DNA of 30,541 nucleotides from a virus (taxonomy: Duplodnaviria; Caudoviricetes). This document shows positions 5,031 through 15,400 of this stretch, in pieces (position 1 is the stretch's first letter; each line of letters begins with the position of its first letter). The stretch covers positions 1 to 30,541 of the IMG/VR virus record IMGVR_UViG_3300031857_000937, one strand, 5' to 3'. The translations under genes and the position numbers were made by a program. The notes beneath the pieces were generated by a model. That model ran no database searches. It was not told the DNA's origin and saw nothing but the letters and a program-made list of their open reading frames with translations.

Positions 5031-5916
5031 CTTCGGCATGCCCGAGACGATCCTCAACGTGATCGCACGCCCGCAGTACAGCAAAGGCAAGGCCAACATG
5101 TCTGTAACCGAGCTGCTCAACAGCCCGCGCATCGTCCAGCTCAAGCGCAAGCACTGGGAAGACTTGACCGAGGACGCAGCCGACATGGTTTGGTCCATCT
5201 TTGGCACCGCCATCCACAACATCCTTGAGCACGGCAAGGGCGACACCCACGTCGTTGAAGAGCGCATCCACGTCGAGCTGGACGGCATGCGTATCAGCGG
5301 TGCAATCGACTTGCAAGAAATCTCTGAAGACGGCATCACCGTGTCCGATTACAAGACGACCAGCGCATGGGCTGCAATGCAGGAAAAGAAGGACTGGCAC
5401 AACCAGCTCAACAGCTATGCGTACCTTGTTGAGAAGGCCAAGGGCATTCCCGTGACCAAGTTGCAGATCGTGGCCATCGTGCGCGACTGGAGCCGCAGGG
5501 AGGCCCAATACAAGGAAGGCTACCCCAAGGCACCCATCGTAGTGATTGACATCCCTCTGTGGCCGTTTGCCGAGCGCGAAGCCTATGTGCGCAGCCGCAT
5601 CTCACTGCATGGTGACGCCCTCTTTGAGATGGAGACTGACGGCGAGATGCCCAACTGCACATCAGAAGAAATGTGGGAGAAGCAAACCACTTACGCGCTC
5701 AAGAAGGATGGCAACGTCCGAGCCAAGAGCGTTCACGACACAAGCGAAGCAGCAGACACGGCTCTGGCTGCCGCAACAGAAAAAGCCAAGAAGAGCGAAA
5801 AGTTCCTGATCGAAGTAAGAGAAGGAGGGCGTACACGCTGCGAGAGCTTCTGCCAAGTAGCGCCGTACTGCCAACAACACCAAACGTATCTTTCCACAAA
5901 AGCCAACAAGGAGTAA
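5014..5916 (+). CDS. PD-(D/E)XK (RecB/Cas4-like) exonuclease (300 aa)
   Basis: SVTELL.SPR, GTAIH, EER, ISGAIDL, DYKTT, QLNSYAYL motifs and a C-terminal Cys cluster (PNC...RCESFCQVAPYC). Start at ATG 5014 after GGAG. Confidence 0.85.
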   Translation: MKLTNNFGMPETILNVIARPQYSKGKANMSVTELLNSPRIVQLKRKHWEDLTEDAADMVWSIFGTAIHNILEHGKGDTHVVEERIHVELDGMRISGAIDLQEISEDGITVSDYKTTSAWAAMQEKKDWHNQLNSYAYLVEKAKGIPVTKLQIVAIVRDWSRREAQYKEGYPKAPIVVIDIPLWPFAEREAYVRSRISLHGDALFEMETDGEMPNCTSEEMWEKQTTYALKKDGNVRAKSVHDTSEAADTALAAATEKAKKSEKFLIEVREGGRTRCESFCQVAPYCQQHQTYLSTKANKE

Positions 5917-5920
5917 CACC

Positions 5921-6133
5921 ATGGCAACAGCAACACGCATCTATATCGTCAGCACACAAGACGGCACCAATCGTCTGGTACGCGCCACCGTGGCATCACA
6001 AGCCATCACACATGTCGCCAAGTCGGCATTTACTGCCCGGGTTGCATCTCAAGATGATCTGGTATTAGAACTCCGAAACGGCACCAAGGTGGAAGCCTAT
6101 GGCGATTCCGCTCAGTCTGAACTCGACGTTTAA
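5921..6133 (+). CDS. Conserved small phage protein (70 aa, RLVRA...QAI.HVA)
   Basis: AAGGAG Shine-Dalgarno; in operon order. Confidence 0.75.
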   Translation: MATATRIYIVSTQDGTNRLVRATVASQAITHVAKSAFTARVASQDDLVLELRNGTKVEAYGDSAQSELDV

Positions 6134-6145
6134 AAGGAGCACCCC

Positions 6146-6295
6146 ATGGGCTGGATCATCGGACTTACCTGCCTCGCGGCTTGGTTCAATCACATCTTCA
6201 CTTGCTTCAGCGAGGGCCTGTGGGGCTTCCTTCTGGCGGGTGCAATCATGTTCCCAATAGGAATCATTCACGGCGTGTGGCTGTGGTTTAGATAA
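6146..6295 (+). CDS. Small hydrophobic membrane protein (49 aa, MGWIIGLTCLAAWFNHIF...GIIHGVWLWFR), not in the ORF track
   Basis: AAAGGAG Shine-Dalgarno, ATG 6146, TAA 6293-6295; fills the operon gap; two hydrophobic segments. Confidence 0.75.
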   Translation: MGWIIGLTCLAAWFNHIFTCFSEGLWGFLLAGAIMFPIGIIHGVWLWFR

Positions 6296-6304
6296 GGACA
6301 CATC

Positions 6305-6529
6305 ATGTTTATTTCTAGCAAAGAAAAGGCCGTACTATGGATGACCATTGAGGACCTGAAGAGCAAAATCAGAGACTTGGAGATTGAGGTTGTGTGGTTG
6401 AAAAACAAAGCAACCAAACATCGCATCCAGATTGTCAAAACGGGAGACGCACCATGGGGAATAAAGAAGGACGGCAGCCCAAAGAAACGCCCCGGACGCC
6501 CGCCACACGTTTTGGAGGTATCAGCATGA
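6305..6529 (+). CDS. Small coiled-coil protein with AT-hook-like tail (74 aa)
   Basis: AAGGA Shine-Dalgarno; APWGIKKDGSPKKRPGRPP motif. Confidence 0.7.
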   Translation: MFISSKEKAVLWMTIEDLKSKIRDLEIEVVWLKNKATKHRIQIVKTGDAPWGIKKDGSPKKRPGRPPHVLEVSA

Positions 6530-6723
6530 GAATCAAAGAATTTTTCCAATCATTTGACGTGGACCCAATCAGCGCCAGCCCTTTTCATGGGCCAATCACG
6601 CAAGAAATGATTGATTACATGCAGCAACGCAACGAAGAAAAACGCAAGCTATCCATTGAGCTGCTTGGTAGCAAGTGGCTTCTTCACCCAGACAACAGAG
6701 AACAACGTAAGGACTTCCAATGA
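6526..6723 (+). CDS. Hypothetical protein (65 aa, MRIKEFF...)
   Basis: GGAGGT Shine-Dalgarno; ATGA overlaps at both ends. Confidence 0.7.
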   Translation: MRIKEFFQSFDVDPISASPFHGPITQEMIDYMQQRNEEKRKLSIELLGSKWLLHPDNREQRKDFQ

Positions 6724-7400
6724 AAGATATCGCAGCAGCACTGGTCAAGGCTCAGAAAGAGTTTGGGCCAGCACTCAAGACCAGCACCAACCCGGCGTTC
6801 CGTAGCCGCTACGCAGACCTGTCTGCCTGCGTCGAGGCCGTCATTGATGCACTGAACAACAACGACATCTACTTGATGCAGCCCACGCACGAATGCACTG
6901 ATGGCGTGATCGTGGAGACCATCTTCATCCACTCCTCTGGTGAGCAAATCAGCAGCGGCAAACTGCACGTCCCAGCCACCAAGCATGACGCACAGGGCTA
7001 CGGCAGCGCACTGACCTATGCACGCCGATACAGCCTGATGGCGGCTTGTGGAATCGCACCGGAAGATGACGACGGCAACAGCGCGGCCAAACCAAAACCA
7101 GCGCCAGCCAAACCCGCAGCCCCAGCGGCCAAAGCACCCACCAAGATCGAAGGTAAAGACACCGAGTGGCAGCTTAAGGTTGTGGCAAAGCCAGACGGCG
7201 ATCACGGCGAGTGGTCGCAACTGATCATCGACGCAACCATGCTCCAGCTTGAGCAGGCCAAGACCGAAGAGCAAGTCATGAACATTTTTAAAACCAACCG
7301 CAACATCTACGACGAAGTGAAGAGTGGCTCCCCCACTGCATACGACGTTCTGATGTCTGAATTTAAAGCCGCACGCGCACAACACAAGGAAGCAGCATGA
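6720..7400 (+). CDS. erf: ERF-family single-strand annealing protein
   Basis: NPAFRSRYADL...Q.YGSALTYARRYSL....GIAPEDDDGN is the ERF signature. Confidence 0.9.
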   Translation: MKDIAAALVKAQKEFGPALKTSTNPAFRSRYADLSACVEAVIDALNNNDIYLMQPTHECTDGVIVETIFIHSSGEQISSGKLHVPATKHDAQGYGSALTYARRYSLMAACGIAPEDDDGNSAAKPKPAPAKPAAPAAKAPTKIEGKDTEWQLKVVAKPDGDHGEWSQLIIDATMLQLEQAKTEEQVMNIFKTNRNIYDEVKSGSPTAYDVLMSEFKAARAQHKEAA

Positions 7401-7729
7401 GCGAGCAAAACATTGCCGGCCAATACCGCGAGGTTGCTCGCGAAGAGATGCTTGGCCGAAACGCCAAAATGATGGCGGACGTCATCGAACAGAAACAAGC
7501 CACAGGCACTATTGCTGGCGATCCTTGGGCATACCGCGACAAGGGCATGAAGTGCATGACCTGCATTTGGTATGTGCCTAAGCAACGCATTGGCACCTCA
7601 AACTCGGACATCAACCCACTGGCTCAGGCTGGCCGATGCCGTCGCCACGCTCCAACAATGAATGGCTATCCAGTTGTCTACATGACCGACTGGTGCGGAG
7701 ACCATCGAATCGACGAAAACAAAGTTTGA
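7397..7729 (+). CDS. Cys-rich putative zinc-binding phage protein (110 aa)
   Basis: CMTC...GRCRRHAP...YPVV...DWCG motif; ATGA coupling. Confidence 0.75.
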   Translation: MSEQNIAGQYREVAREEMLGRNAKMMADVIEQKQATGTIAGDPWAYRDKGMKCMTCIWYVPKQRIGTSNSDINPLAQAGRCRRHAPTMNGYPVVYMTDWCGDHRIDENKV

Positions 7730-7742
7730 AAAAGGAAGCAAC

Positions 7743-8132
7743 ATGAACACCCTCATCATCGCTGGCACTCTGACACGAGATGCCGAAGTAAAGTACCTGC
7801 CCAACGGCGACCCTATTGCTAACTTCTCTGTTGCTGACAACCAAGGCGGGCGAGACAAGCAGGCCATCTTCTGGAACTGCGGTCTGTACGGTAAGCGTGC
7901 AGAGTCCTTGGCTCAGTACCTCACCAAAGGCCAAGCCGTCACAGTGACCGGCTCCGTGTCCGAGCGCGAGTGGATCAGCAAGGACGGCGAGAAGCGCAAG
8001 ACCATGGATGTGCGCGTGAACGACGTTGCACTGCAAGGTGGCCGCAAGGATGCTGAGCCGCAGGAAGAACGCCGCCAAGCGCCCAAGCCAGCGCCAGTAC
8101 TTTTTGAAGACGACAGTGATTTGCCCTTCTGA
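7743..8132 (+). CDS. ssb: Single-stranded DNA-binding protein
   Basis: OB-fold motifs (G.LTRDAEVKY, YLTKG..V.V.G) and acidic DDSDLPF C-terminus. Confidence 0.95.
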   Translation: MNTLIIAGTLTRDAEVKYLPNGDPIANFSVADNQGGRDKQAIFWNCGLYGKRAESLAQYLTKGQAVTVTGSVSEREWISKDGEKRKTMDVRVNDVALQGGRKDAEPQEERRQAPKPAPVLFEDDSDLPF

Positions 8133-8134
8133 CC

Positions 8135-8560
8135 ATGGCCGTCAAGACGCTCCAATTTGAAGCCGTCAAGATTGCCATGAAGCAGGATAAGACGGGTCAT
8201 ATTTTGACCCTGAATATCCATCCAGATGAACTGCCCGTTGACCTAATGAGGGACTATGTGGGCGCAAGGTATCAAGTAGTCATGGTGAGATTGAACGACG
8301 AGAACAAACCAATGAGCAGGGATGCGGAATACCACCGTGACCCTGTTCGCACCGCAGGCATTCTGTGCCGCGATAAACAGTTCGCCCAGTACCTTCACGG
8401 CAAAGAACAAATCTTTGAAATGAAAGAGGCCGATGTTATTGAGTGGCTCAAAGGTGAGCTGGACATCGAGTCGCGTACCGAGCTGAAAGAAGACCAACAA
8501 AAGGCCAAGAAGTTCTGGGCCATAAACGAGGAGTTCCAAGCATGGAAACAAAACGCCTGA
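8135..8560 (+). CDS. Conserved phage hypothetical protein (141 aa)
   Basis: Clean ORF in the operon; AGILCRD..F..YL...IESR.EL pattern seen in phage proteins. Confidence 0.75.
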   Translation: MAVKTLQFEAVKIAMKQDKTGHILTLNIHPDELPVDLMRDYVGARYQVVMVRLNDENKPMSRDAEYHRDPVRTAGILCRDKQFAQYLHGKEQIFEMKEADVIEWLKGELDIESRTELKEDQQKAKKFWAINEEFQAWKQNA

Positions 8561-8862
8561 TCCCATACTCGGTTCACCTGCCAGAGGACGTGTATCTCAA
8601 ACTAAAAGAGGCCGCAGGAAACCGCAAAGCATCAGCACTGGTGCGTGACGCCATCACCTTGATTGTTGAGGGCGACGACGAGTTTAATGGCGGCTACAAC
8701 AAAGGCGTGCGTGATGCCATCCGGCTGATCCAGCAGAACGAGCTGTGCAAAGCCATCGGCTATTACGAGGACACTCTGGCAAAGATACTGTCGGATCAAA
8801 TCGAAGAGCTGATCGTTAACCAGAACGTGAAGGGGCGCGGCAATGGCAAGAAAAAAACCTGA
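8542..8862 (+). CDS. Putative ribbon-helix-helix DNA-binding protein (106 aa)
   Basis: GAGGAG Shine-Dalgarno; YSVHLPEDVYLKLK...SALVRDAI strand-helix-helix pattern. Confidence 0.65.
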   Translation: METKRLIPYSVHLPEDVYLKLKEAAGNRKASALVRDAITLIVEGDDEFNGGYNKGVRDAIRLIQQNELCKAIGYYEDTLAKILSDQIEELIVNQNVKGRGNGKKKT

Positions 8863-9067
8863 AGGCATCGCCTCAGTGGTGGCCAAGCAAGACCCTGTGT
8901 CGATACAAGAGCTGACCATGCAAGACTTCTTTGCAGCGTTCGCGTTGCAGGGCTTATTGGCTTACTACGGCGACAGGTCTGTCATTGAGAGCGATGACGG
9001 TCTTACCAACATTCACGCAGCAGCATTCGACCACGCAGACGAGATGCTTAAAAGGCGGGCCGTCTAA
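8843..9067 (+). CDS. Small conserved phage protein (74 aa, T.QDFFAA.ALQG...ADEML family)
   Basis: Recognisable motif family; overlaps the previous gene. Confidence 0.75.
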   Translation: MARKKPEGIASVVAKQDPVSIQELTMQDFFAAFALQGLLAYYGDRSVIESDDGLTNIHAAAFDHADEMLKRRAV

Positions 9068-9343
9068 ATGCAGTCCAAAAACAAGAAGGCCCCCACCGCA
9101 TCAGAGCGGGAGCACATCACGCGGATCAAGGAAATGGACTGCGTGGTGTGCGGGGCATCAGGACCCAGTGATTGCCACGAAATTAACCAAGGCCAGTGGT
9201 TTACCAGCATGCCCCTGTGCCAAGATTGCCACATGGGAAACCTCAACGGAATCCATGGCCAGAAGCGCATGTGGGCCATCCATAAGCTGGACGAACTGTC
9301 CGCTTTGAACAAAACCCTCCAGACGATCTTTGCTGAGAAATGA
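9068..9343 (+). CDS. Ref/DUF968-like zinc-binding HNH-type nuclease (91 aa)
   Basis: CVVCG....DCHEI.......PLCQDCH....GIHG motif. Confidence 0.7.
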   Translation: MQSKNKKAPTASEREHITRIKEMDCVVCGASGPSDCHEINQGQWFTSMPLCQDCHMGNLNGIHGQKRMWAIHKLDELSALNKTLQTIFAEK

Positions 9344-9359
9344 ATACTAAAACAACGAA

Positions 9360-9381
9360 GCAACCAAAGCGTGTTGGTTGC
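9360..9381. terminator. Hairpin between convergent early and virion operons
   Basis: GCAACCAA-AGCGTG-TTGGTTGC perfect 8-bp stem; only a weak U-tract (TTCGTTGTTTT on the minus strand). Confidence 0.45.
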
Positions 9382-9402
9382 CGCGTCACTAAAGTATTCA
9401 AT

Positions 9403-12400
9403 TTACATCTGAGCCTGCTTCCGCAATTCGGGTAGATTGACCGACTTCAGCATCTCTTTTTCCACTTCGCGCAGCTCTTTGATTGCGTCCTTCTTTTCGG
9501 ATGCGGAGTACAAATCTTCAGGCGCATTGGTGATTTGGCTGACGGCCCTGCGAATCTTTGATAGCTGCTCGCCAATCTTCTCCGTGCCTTTGGCTAGACC
9601 CAATCGGGCAATATTCTTTTCGTCGGACAGGAACTTCTCAAGCTCTTGCGGGCTCCTCAATTTGATGTCGTTATAGGTGCTCTTGGTCTTCTCCACCTCA
9701 TCTCGCAAGGCGTAGAAGTCCGTCTTGAGCGCGTTCTCGCTGGCCTTGGTGACAAAGCCGCTTGTGCCCGGGAGGGATGACAGCGCATCACGGAACGACA
9801 GCTCAGGGCGGGGAACATCAGGATCATTGTTGATCATGAAGTTGGTCGTGTACAAAAACAAACCACCAGCCGATCCAAACATGCCGCGAATCATGTGATC
9901 AGCCGCAATTGGCGACACGCCAAACTGGCCCAGCATCTTCGAGAACTCCGAGGTGTTGTCATTGAACTGGCGCTCAGCTTCTTTCTTCTTCTCAAACTGC
10001 CCAATCAGTGGACGGCCTTGGAAGAAGTCGTAATTGATCGCCACCTCAAGAGCTGGCTTCACGGCTTGAGGAATCGGCTGTGGGCTCAGCACTGCGTTGG
10101 CAATGCCGTCGGCAACTGACTTCCTGAACTTGGCGCCATCGGAAAATCCGGTGTCGGTGATCAGGTGGTACAAGTGCTCGGTCAAAACCTTGGGCATCAA
10201 GAACAAGTCTGGACGCAAAGGAATGCGGAAACCACCGGTGCCGGGGACGTTCAAGGTGCGGTCACGAACAGCAGTGGGTGTCTTCTCGTACTCATCATCT
10301 CCGCCATTCATCATGGTGTAGAAGAGCGACAAGGCCATGACCGCACCAGAGGTGGTGGCCAGAGTCATCAGCGCCTCTTTGCGTTGCTGCGGCGAGATGC
10401 CGACCCCGGTCAGCACCTTGTACGCCGTGCGCTGCACCGACATGTAGGCATAGAAGAACGGCACAGTCTGGCCAGCCAAGTTCACCAGCTTGCTCGTGCC
10501 ACGGCGACGGAAGTTGATGATGTCAAATGCCTTCTCAATGGCCTCGCCCTTGGACAATCCCTGCTGCATGGATGCTTCGTACACGGCCTGACGGATAGCG
10601 TTATCAGCGGCCATAGCAACATGGCTCAGGAACTCAATTCCCTTGCCAGCCACCCCCTTTGACCCCCTCAAGCCTGCCGCAATCTGGATGTCGTTACGAG
10701 CGATGGTGGCGTTGAAGTCACGCACACCGGTCGCACCATACGACTCAAGCAGCTTGTGGGTTGCACTGGTCTTGGTCAGAGTCTTGAGAAACTCCTTCAC
10801 CGCCAGCACTGGAATTCTCAAGGCGTAGCGCGTCTTCAAGCCGGAGGTAAACATTGCCGAGTAGGCGTCCTGCGGGACCTGTGCCAACGAGAACAGGGGG
10901 TACAAGACCACAGACTGACGCAGAACGTTTGAGAACCAAGTGAAGAACTTCAGGCTTGGAATGGTCACGTTGCTGATGGCAGAGAAGGCATCCACGTACA
11001 GCGGGTCGGCCATGCTGTAGATTTCTTGGACGCCATCACGGAACACGCGAATGGTGTTCTTCTTGGGGTCCATCTTCTCGACCTTCTCAGCCATCTTCCG
11101 ATCACCCACTTGAAGCTCAGTACCAAGGTCAACCATCTGAAGCGCCTTGTGGTTGCGTACAGAGCGGTTGATGGCGTACTGAGTCCAGCGCACCATGTTG
11201 TCAAACACGTCGTTCACGGCTGCGTTGGAGCCCTTCAGGCGGAACTCTGCTGCCTTGACCTGCATGCCCTTGATGAACTCTTGCGGGCCACCGCCTTCGT
11301 CAAGCTGCTCTTCACGGTAGAACGGCACGTAAGCTGCGTTGTCCAGCATGCTCTCGGCATACTCTCGGCTCCACAAGTTGCCGTCAATCATGGCCTTCAC
11401 AGCGTTGGCACGGATACCCTGCCAGATGTCGCTGATGTTTTCCAGCTCGGGCATGTTCTTGGCCAAGCTCATGCCGGGCTCAATCATTGCAATCTGCTCA
11501 GGGGTAATCAGGACGCTGGCCTTTTCAAGCTTTGCAATGTCAGCCCTGATATCGTTCTTTGCACGCTCGGAAGTGCGAAGCTTCTCAAAGTCGCCGTCCT
11601 TCTTGTACTGCTTGATGTTGGCGTTCTCTTCTTCCAGCTCAGCTTTCAGTCGGTCAATCTCTGCCTCTCGCGTGCGCTGCTTTTTCAACAGGTCCTTGAA
11701 CCGCTTGGCCACGAAGTAGGTGTGCGAAATCTGCTCGGCCTGCTCTTTGTTTAGGCCATACTTTTCGGCAGTCTTCTCAATCTCTTTGGCAAGAGTGATG
11801 AAGTTGTCGTCGCGCTTGATGGAGACCCACTTCTTGGTCTCTGGATCGAACGCAATGCCGCCATCAACAATGAAGCGCGTAGCCAAGGCGTCAGCATGCA
11901 CGGCCTGAGACTGACTGGCCTCAAGCAGCATACCCAACACCTCTGGGTTGTCGGCAAAGTCCTTCTGCAAGTTCCTGCGGATGTCGTTGTTGAACGCCGC
12001 ATCGCCGGAGAAGGCTGCAACTTCCATCTTGTCCAAGAACTTCTTGACGGCACTCTTTGCCGAGTCCTTCGTCATTGCTGGGTTCTCGCCAGTGGCCTTC
12101 AGGATGTCCTTGATCTTCTGGATGCGCCCCGGGTCAGGCGGTTGAAGCTGCATGCCTGTTGCATCAAGGATGTTGAGGTTTTCTTGACCAGCCTCCGTCG
12201 GAGTCGGCTTTCCTTGGCGCTCTTCGGAGACTACAACCTCAACGTCTGGCGTACCGTAGACATCCTTTAATGCTTCTCGAACCTTGTTAGCAGTCTTGTT
12301 GGCATCCTTGGAGAACACGATGTCATTTGGATTTACATACTCCGCACGCTGCGTAAATCTTTCGCCGTTTTTGTCATAGCCATGAAAGGTGGTTTGCGTT

Positions 12401-15400
12401 TTTGGATCGGTAAATCCAGACAAGCGCGAGCCATCTTTCAGAGTTACTGGGTTCTTAAATCGGTTTGCGTAGCCTTGCTTGCGGTCTAACTCAGACTGCT
12501 CTTTGAAAAAAGAGTCAAGGAAAAACAGAGGTTTTTCTTTTTCTTCCTCGTCAACCTTTGCTTCGCCAGCGCCCTCGGGCGAGACGATGATTCTTCCACC
12601 CTTGATCTTGACGCCCTTCAAAGGAACCTTAGAGGGCTTCATGTCAAGCTCTACGTCCGAAGGCGACATGCCCATGATTGTTTCGGAAGTTCTAACCAGA
12701 TTGTCAAGTGCGCTCTCATAGTCTTTGGAAAGGCCAAGCACCTGACGGACGATTTCAATCAGCTTTGAAAACCCGGTCTTGTCTGCAATCTTGATGTCAG
12801 CAAGAAACTTCTGGAACTCTGAGTCGGTCAAACCCCAAGCCATAAGCTCAGCCGGGTTTTTCATAATGTTTGCGCCGCGATCAATCCTTGTAATCGCGTA
12901 GTTGCTCTTACCGGCAGCCCTGTCCTTTTTAATCCTGTCGTCAACTTTTTTGTACAGAACCTTGAGGTCGTTTATGGCTTTTGAGTTTGGCGCTAAGTAG
13001 ATTTGCGCAGATGTTGCTGCATGAATAAGCTCATGCAAGATTGTCAGATACCTTGTTCCCGTCTGACCGTCCGCCTTACCATCAACAAGTCCATTCAGCC
13101 TGATTTTTACAAGCGTGCCTTTGCCTTCGGCCCAGAAACTTTGGGCCATCCCTCTTGTTCCGCTTTTCCACCTTGCGCCGCCATTGAGAACCTTCACCTT
13201 TTCTGGAAAGATTTTTCTCTTTGCAAACTCGTTGATGCGCTCAGTTACTTTTTGAGCAATGGCCCTTGCCGCCTCGTTTGGTGCGTTGTCAACAGTCCAC
13301 TGCGCCATCTGAGGGATGGTCATACCGTTAACTTCTTTGGCAATCTCCTCCATGGGCTTGTTAATAGTGAACTCTGGCTTGTCCGTCTTGTCGTAGGTCG
13401 GCTCTGTTGGCTCTGGCGCCTTGGGCTCCACTGGTTTTGCGGCCTTGGGCTTTGCAGGTGCGGCAGGAGCAACGGCGGGCGCAGCAGCCTGCGGCTCAGC
13501 CGGAGCGGCGACTGGCGCTGCGGGCGGAGTAAACATGTCAGGCTCAGCTTCTGGCTCCAGTACCAAAGCCTTGTACAGGTCATCCTTTGGCATCTTCGGA
13601 ACATTGCCAAACATGTCTGTGTCGGAGGCGTTTGCCTGCTCGGCAGCAGTTGTCGCCAGACGATCCAGCGCTTCAGCCATACGCTTTGATGAACGGCTGT
13701 TATCCGCAAACATCTCGAGCACTTTGAGCGCATACGGGTCTGCGCCCAGCATTCCCTGCTGTACGTAATCCTTGAGCTTCTGACCTGACCTACGTGCATT
13801 GACGGCCATCTCTGCCGCATCAAGCACCGAGGCCCGCACGTCGTAGTCGCCAGCGCCATCAAGAGCCGCCATCTTTGGAGCGGCCTTGGCCAGCGCATTG
13901 AGCACAGCCTTCGCTTCTGGGTCGGCAGCTTGCGCGTACAGCTCAATCAGAGTGTCGCTGCCATATGCCTTGTAGAAGATTGCGTTGTTCAGGCGGTCAA
14001 TCGCCTTGGTGTTGGGCATGCCCTTGGCGTCGATCAACTCACCCTGCTCATCCTTCGGCATGGAGCGAACGAACTGGATCAGCGTGTTGGTGTTGGGGCT
14101 GCCGTCGTCATTGAAGGTCAGGCCGCCCAAGTCAACCCGGCTGATATCGTTCTTTGCGGACTCGACAGGACTCAGGCGCAGCGTGCCACTAATGTTGCTG
14201 ATATCCGCAATGTTTGAAGTTACCTTCGACTTTGGCATCACGCGCACAAGCACTGGATTTTGGAAGCCGCTGATGACGCCGGCATCAATGCCGTGCTCAG
14301 TGTCTTCAATCATCTCGCGCTTGTAGTTGTCAGCAGTTCCTTGGCTGTAGGCCGCACGCAAACCAGCCACCCGGCCATTACCGGCAATGGGGCGAATCGC
14401 GGATACGGACAAGTCGCCGTACTCGGGGTTCTTTGTACCATCAGAAGTGTTTGATGGCGTGATGTCGTTGCCCTCTACAACAGCGTAGCGGACAGGGATT
14501 CGAGTGCCATCAGATGCGGTGGCGTATGCAACCTTGCCGAACTGGGTATCGCTGATTGGCGTGTCGGAAATAACAACCGGGGCACCAGAGCCAAAGTCAC
14601 GGTTAACACTCAGGCGAGAGTAGTCTGGGTTAGCTGCAATGCTTTGCATTTGACCAACGGACGCAGGCGCAGAGCGGTCACGGTTCTGGAAGAACGAACC
14701 AGCTTCTGGCGGCAGGTTTTCCGTGTAGTCATTGGACCACTCCGAAGCCTTTGGGGCCTGTGCGGCGGGGGCAAGAGGCTCTACCGGAGCAACTGGCTCT
14801 GCCGGAGCGGCGCTTACCAGTGGCTCCTCTGGTGTGGGGGTTGGCTCAACCACAGGGGCCGCTGGCGGTGCTGGCGGCTCTGGCGTAACAATGGGCCTTG
14901 CGACTGGCCGTGGCGTAATCGGAGCGACGGGCGCGGGCGGCGCTTCGGCGGCAGGCTTTTTGAGGGCGTCAGTAGCCGTTGCATAAGCGGCAGCAGGAAT
15001 CTCAACAGCAGCACCACCAAGGCTACCCAGCATCTCTTGGCCAACATCTTCAAGGTTAACCTTGCCGTATGCGGCGGCCTGACCAGCGGCCTCGGAGATG
15101 CCTCCTCCTGCCACATCAATACCCAAAGATCCAGCACCACGACCAACAGCCGACTGAACCTTCTGGCCAGTGGTACGGGCTTTAAGCAGATCATCTGCGC
15201 GGGCCGCAATCTTTGCTGCGTCAGCCGTGGCACCCATTTCTTTGCGCGCGGCTTCGATGGCTGCACGGCGTGTGCCAGTGGCGAATCGACCAGCACCAAC
15301 CGTCATAAGTGAGTCAATGGAGGCAGTTGTTATGCCCTTTGTGCGAGCCTCGCTGACCGCCTTCTCCATGGCGGGGGTGTCGCGCAACAGTGCGGCTACA

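Noticed and set aside
5014-5916. Cas4 as an adaptation gene of the array
   Set aside because: Such PD-(D/E)XK exonucleases routinely accompany ERF and SSB in phage recombination modules; proximity alone does not link it to the array.
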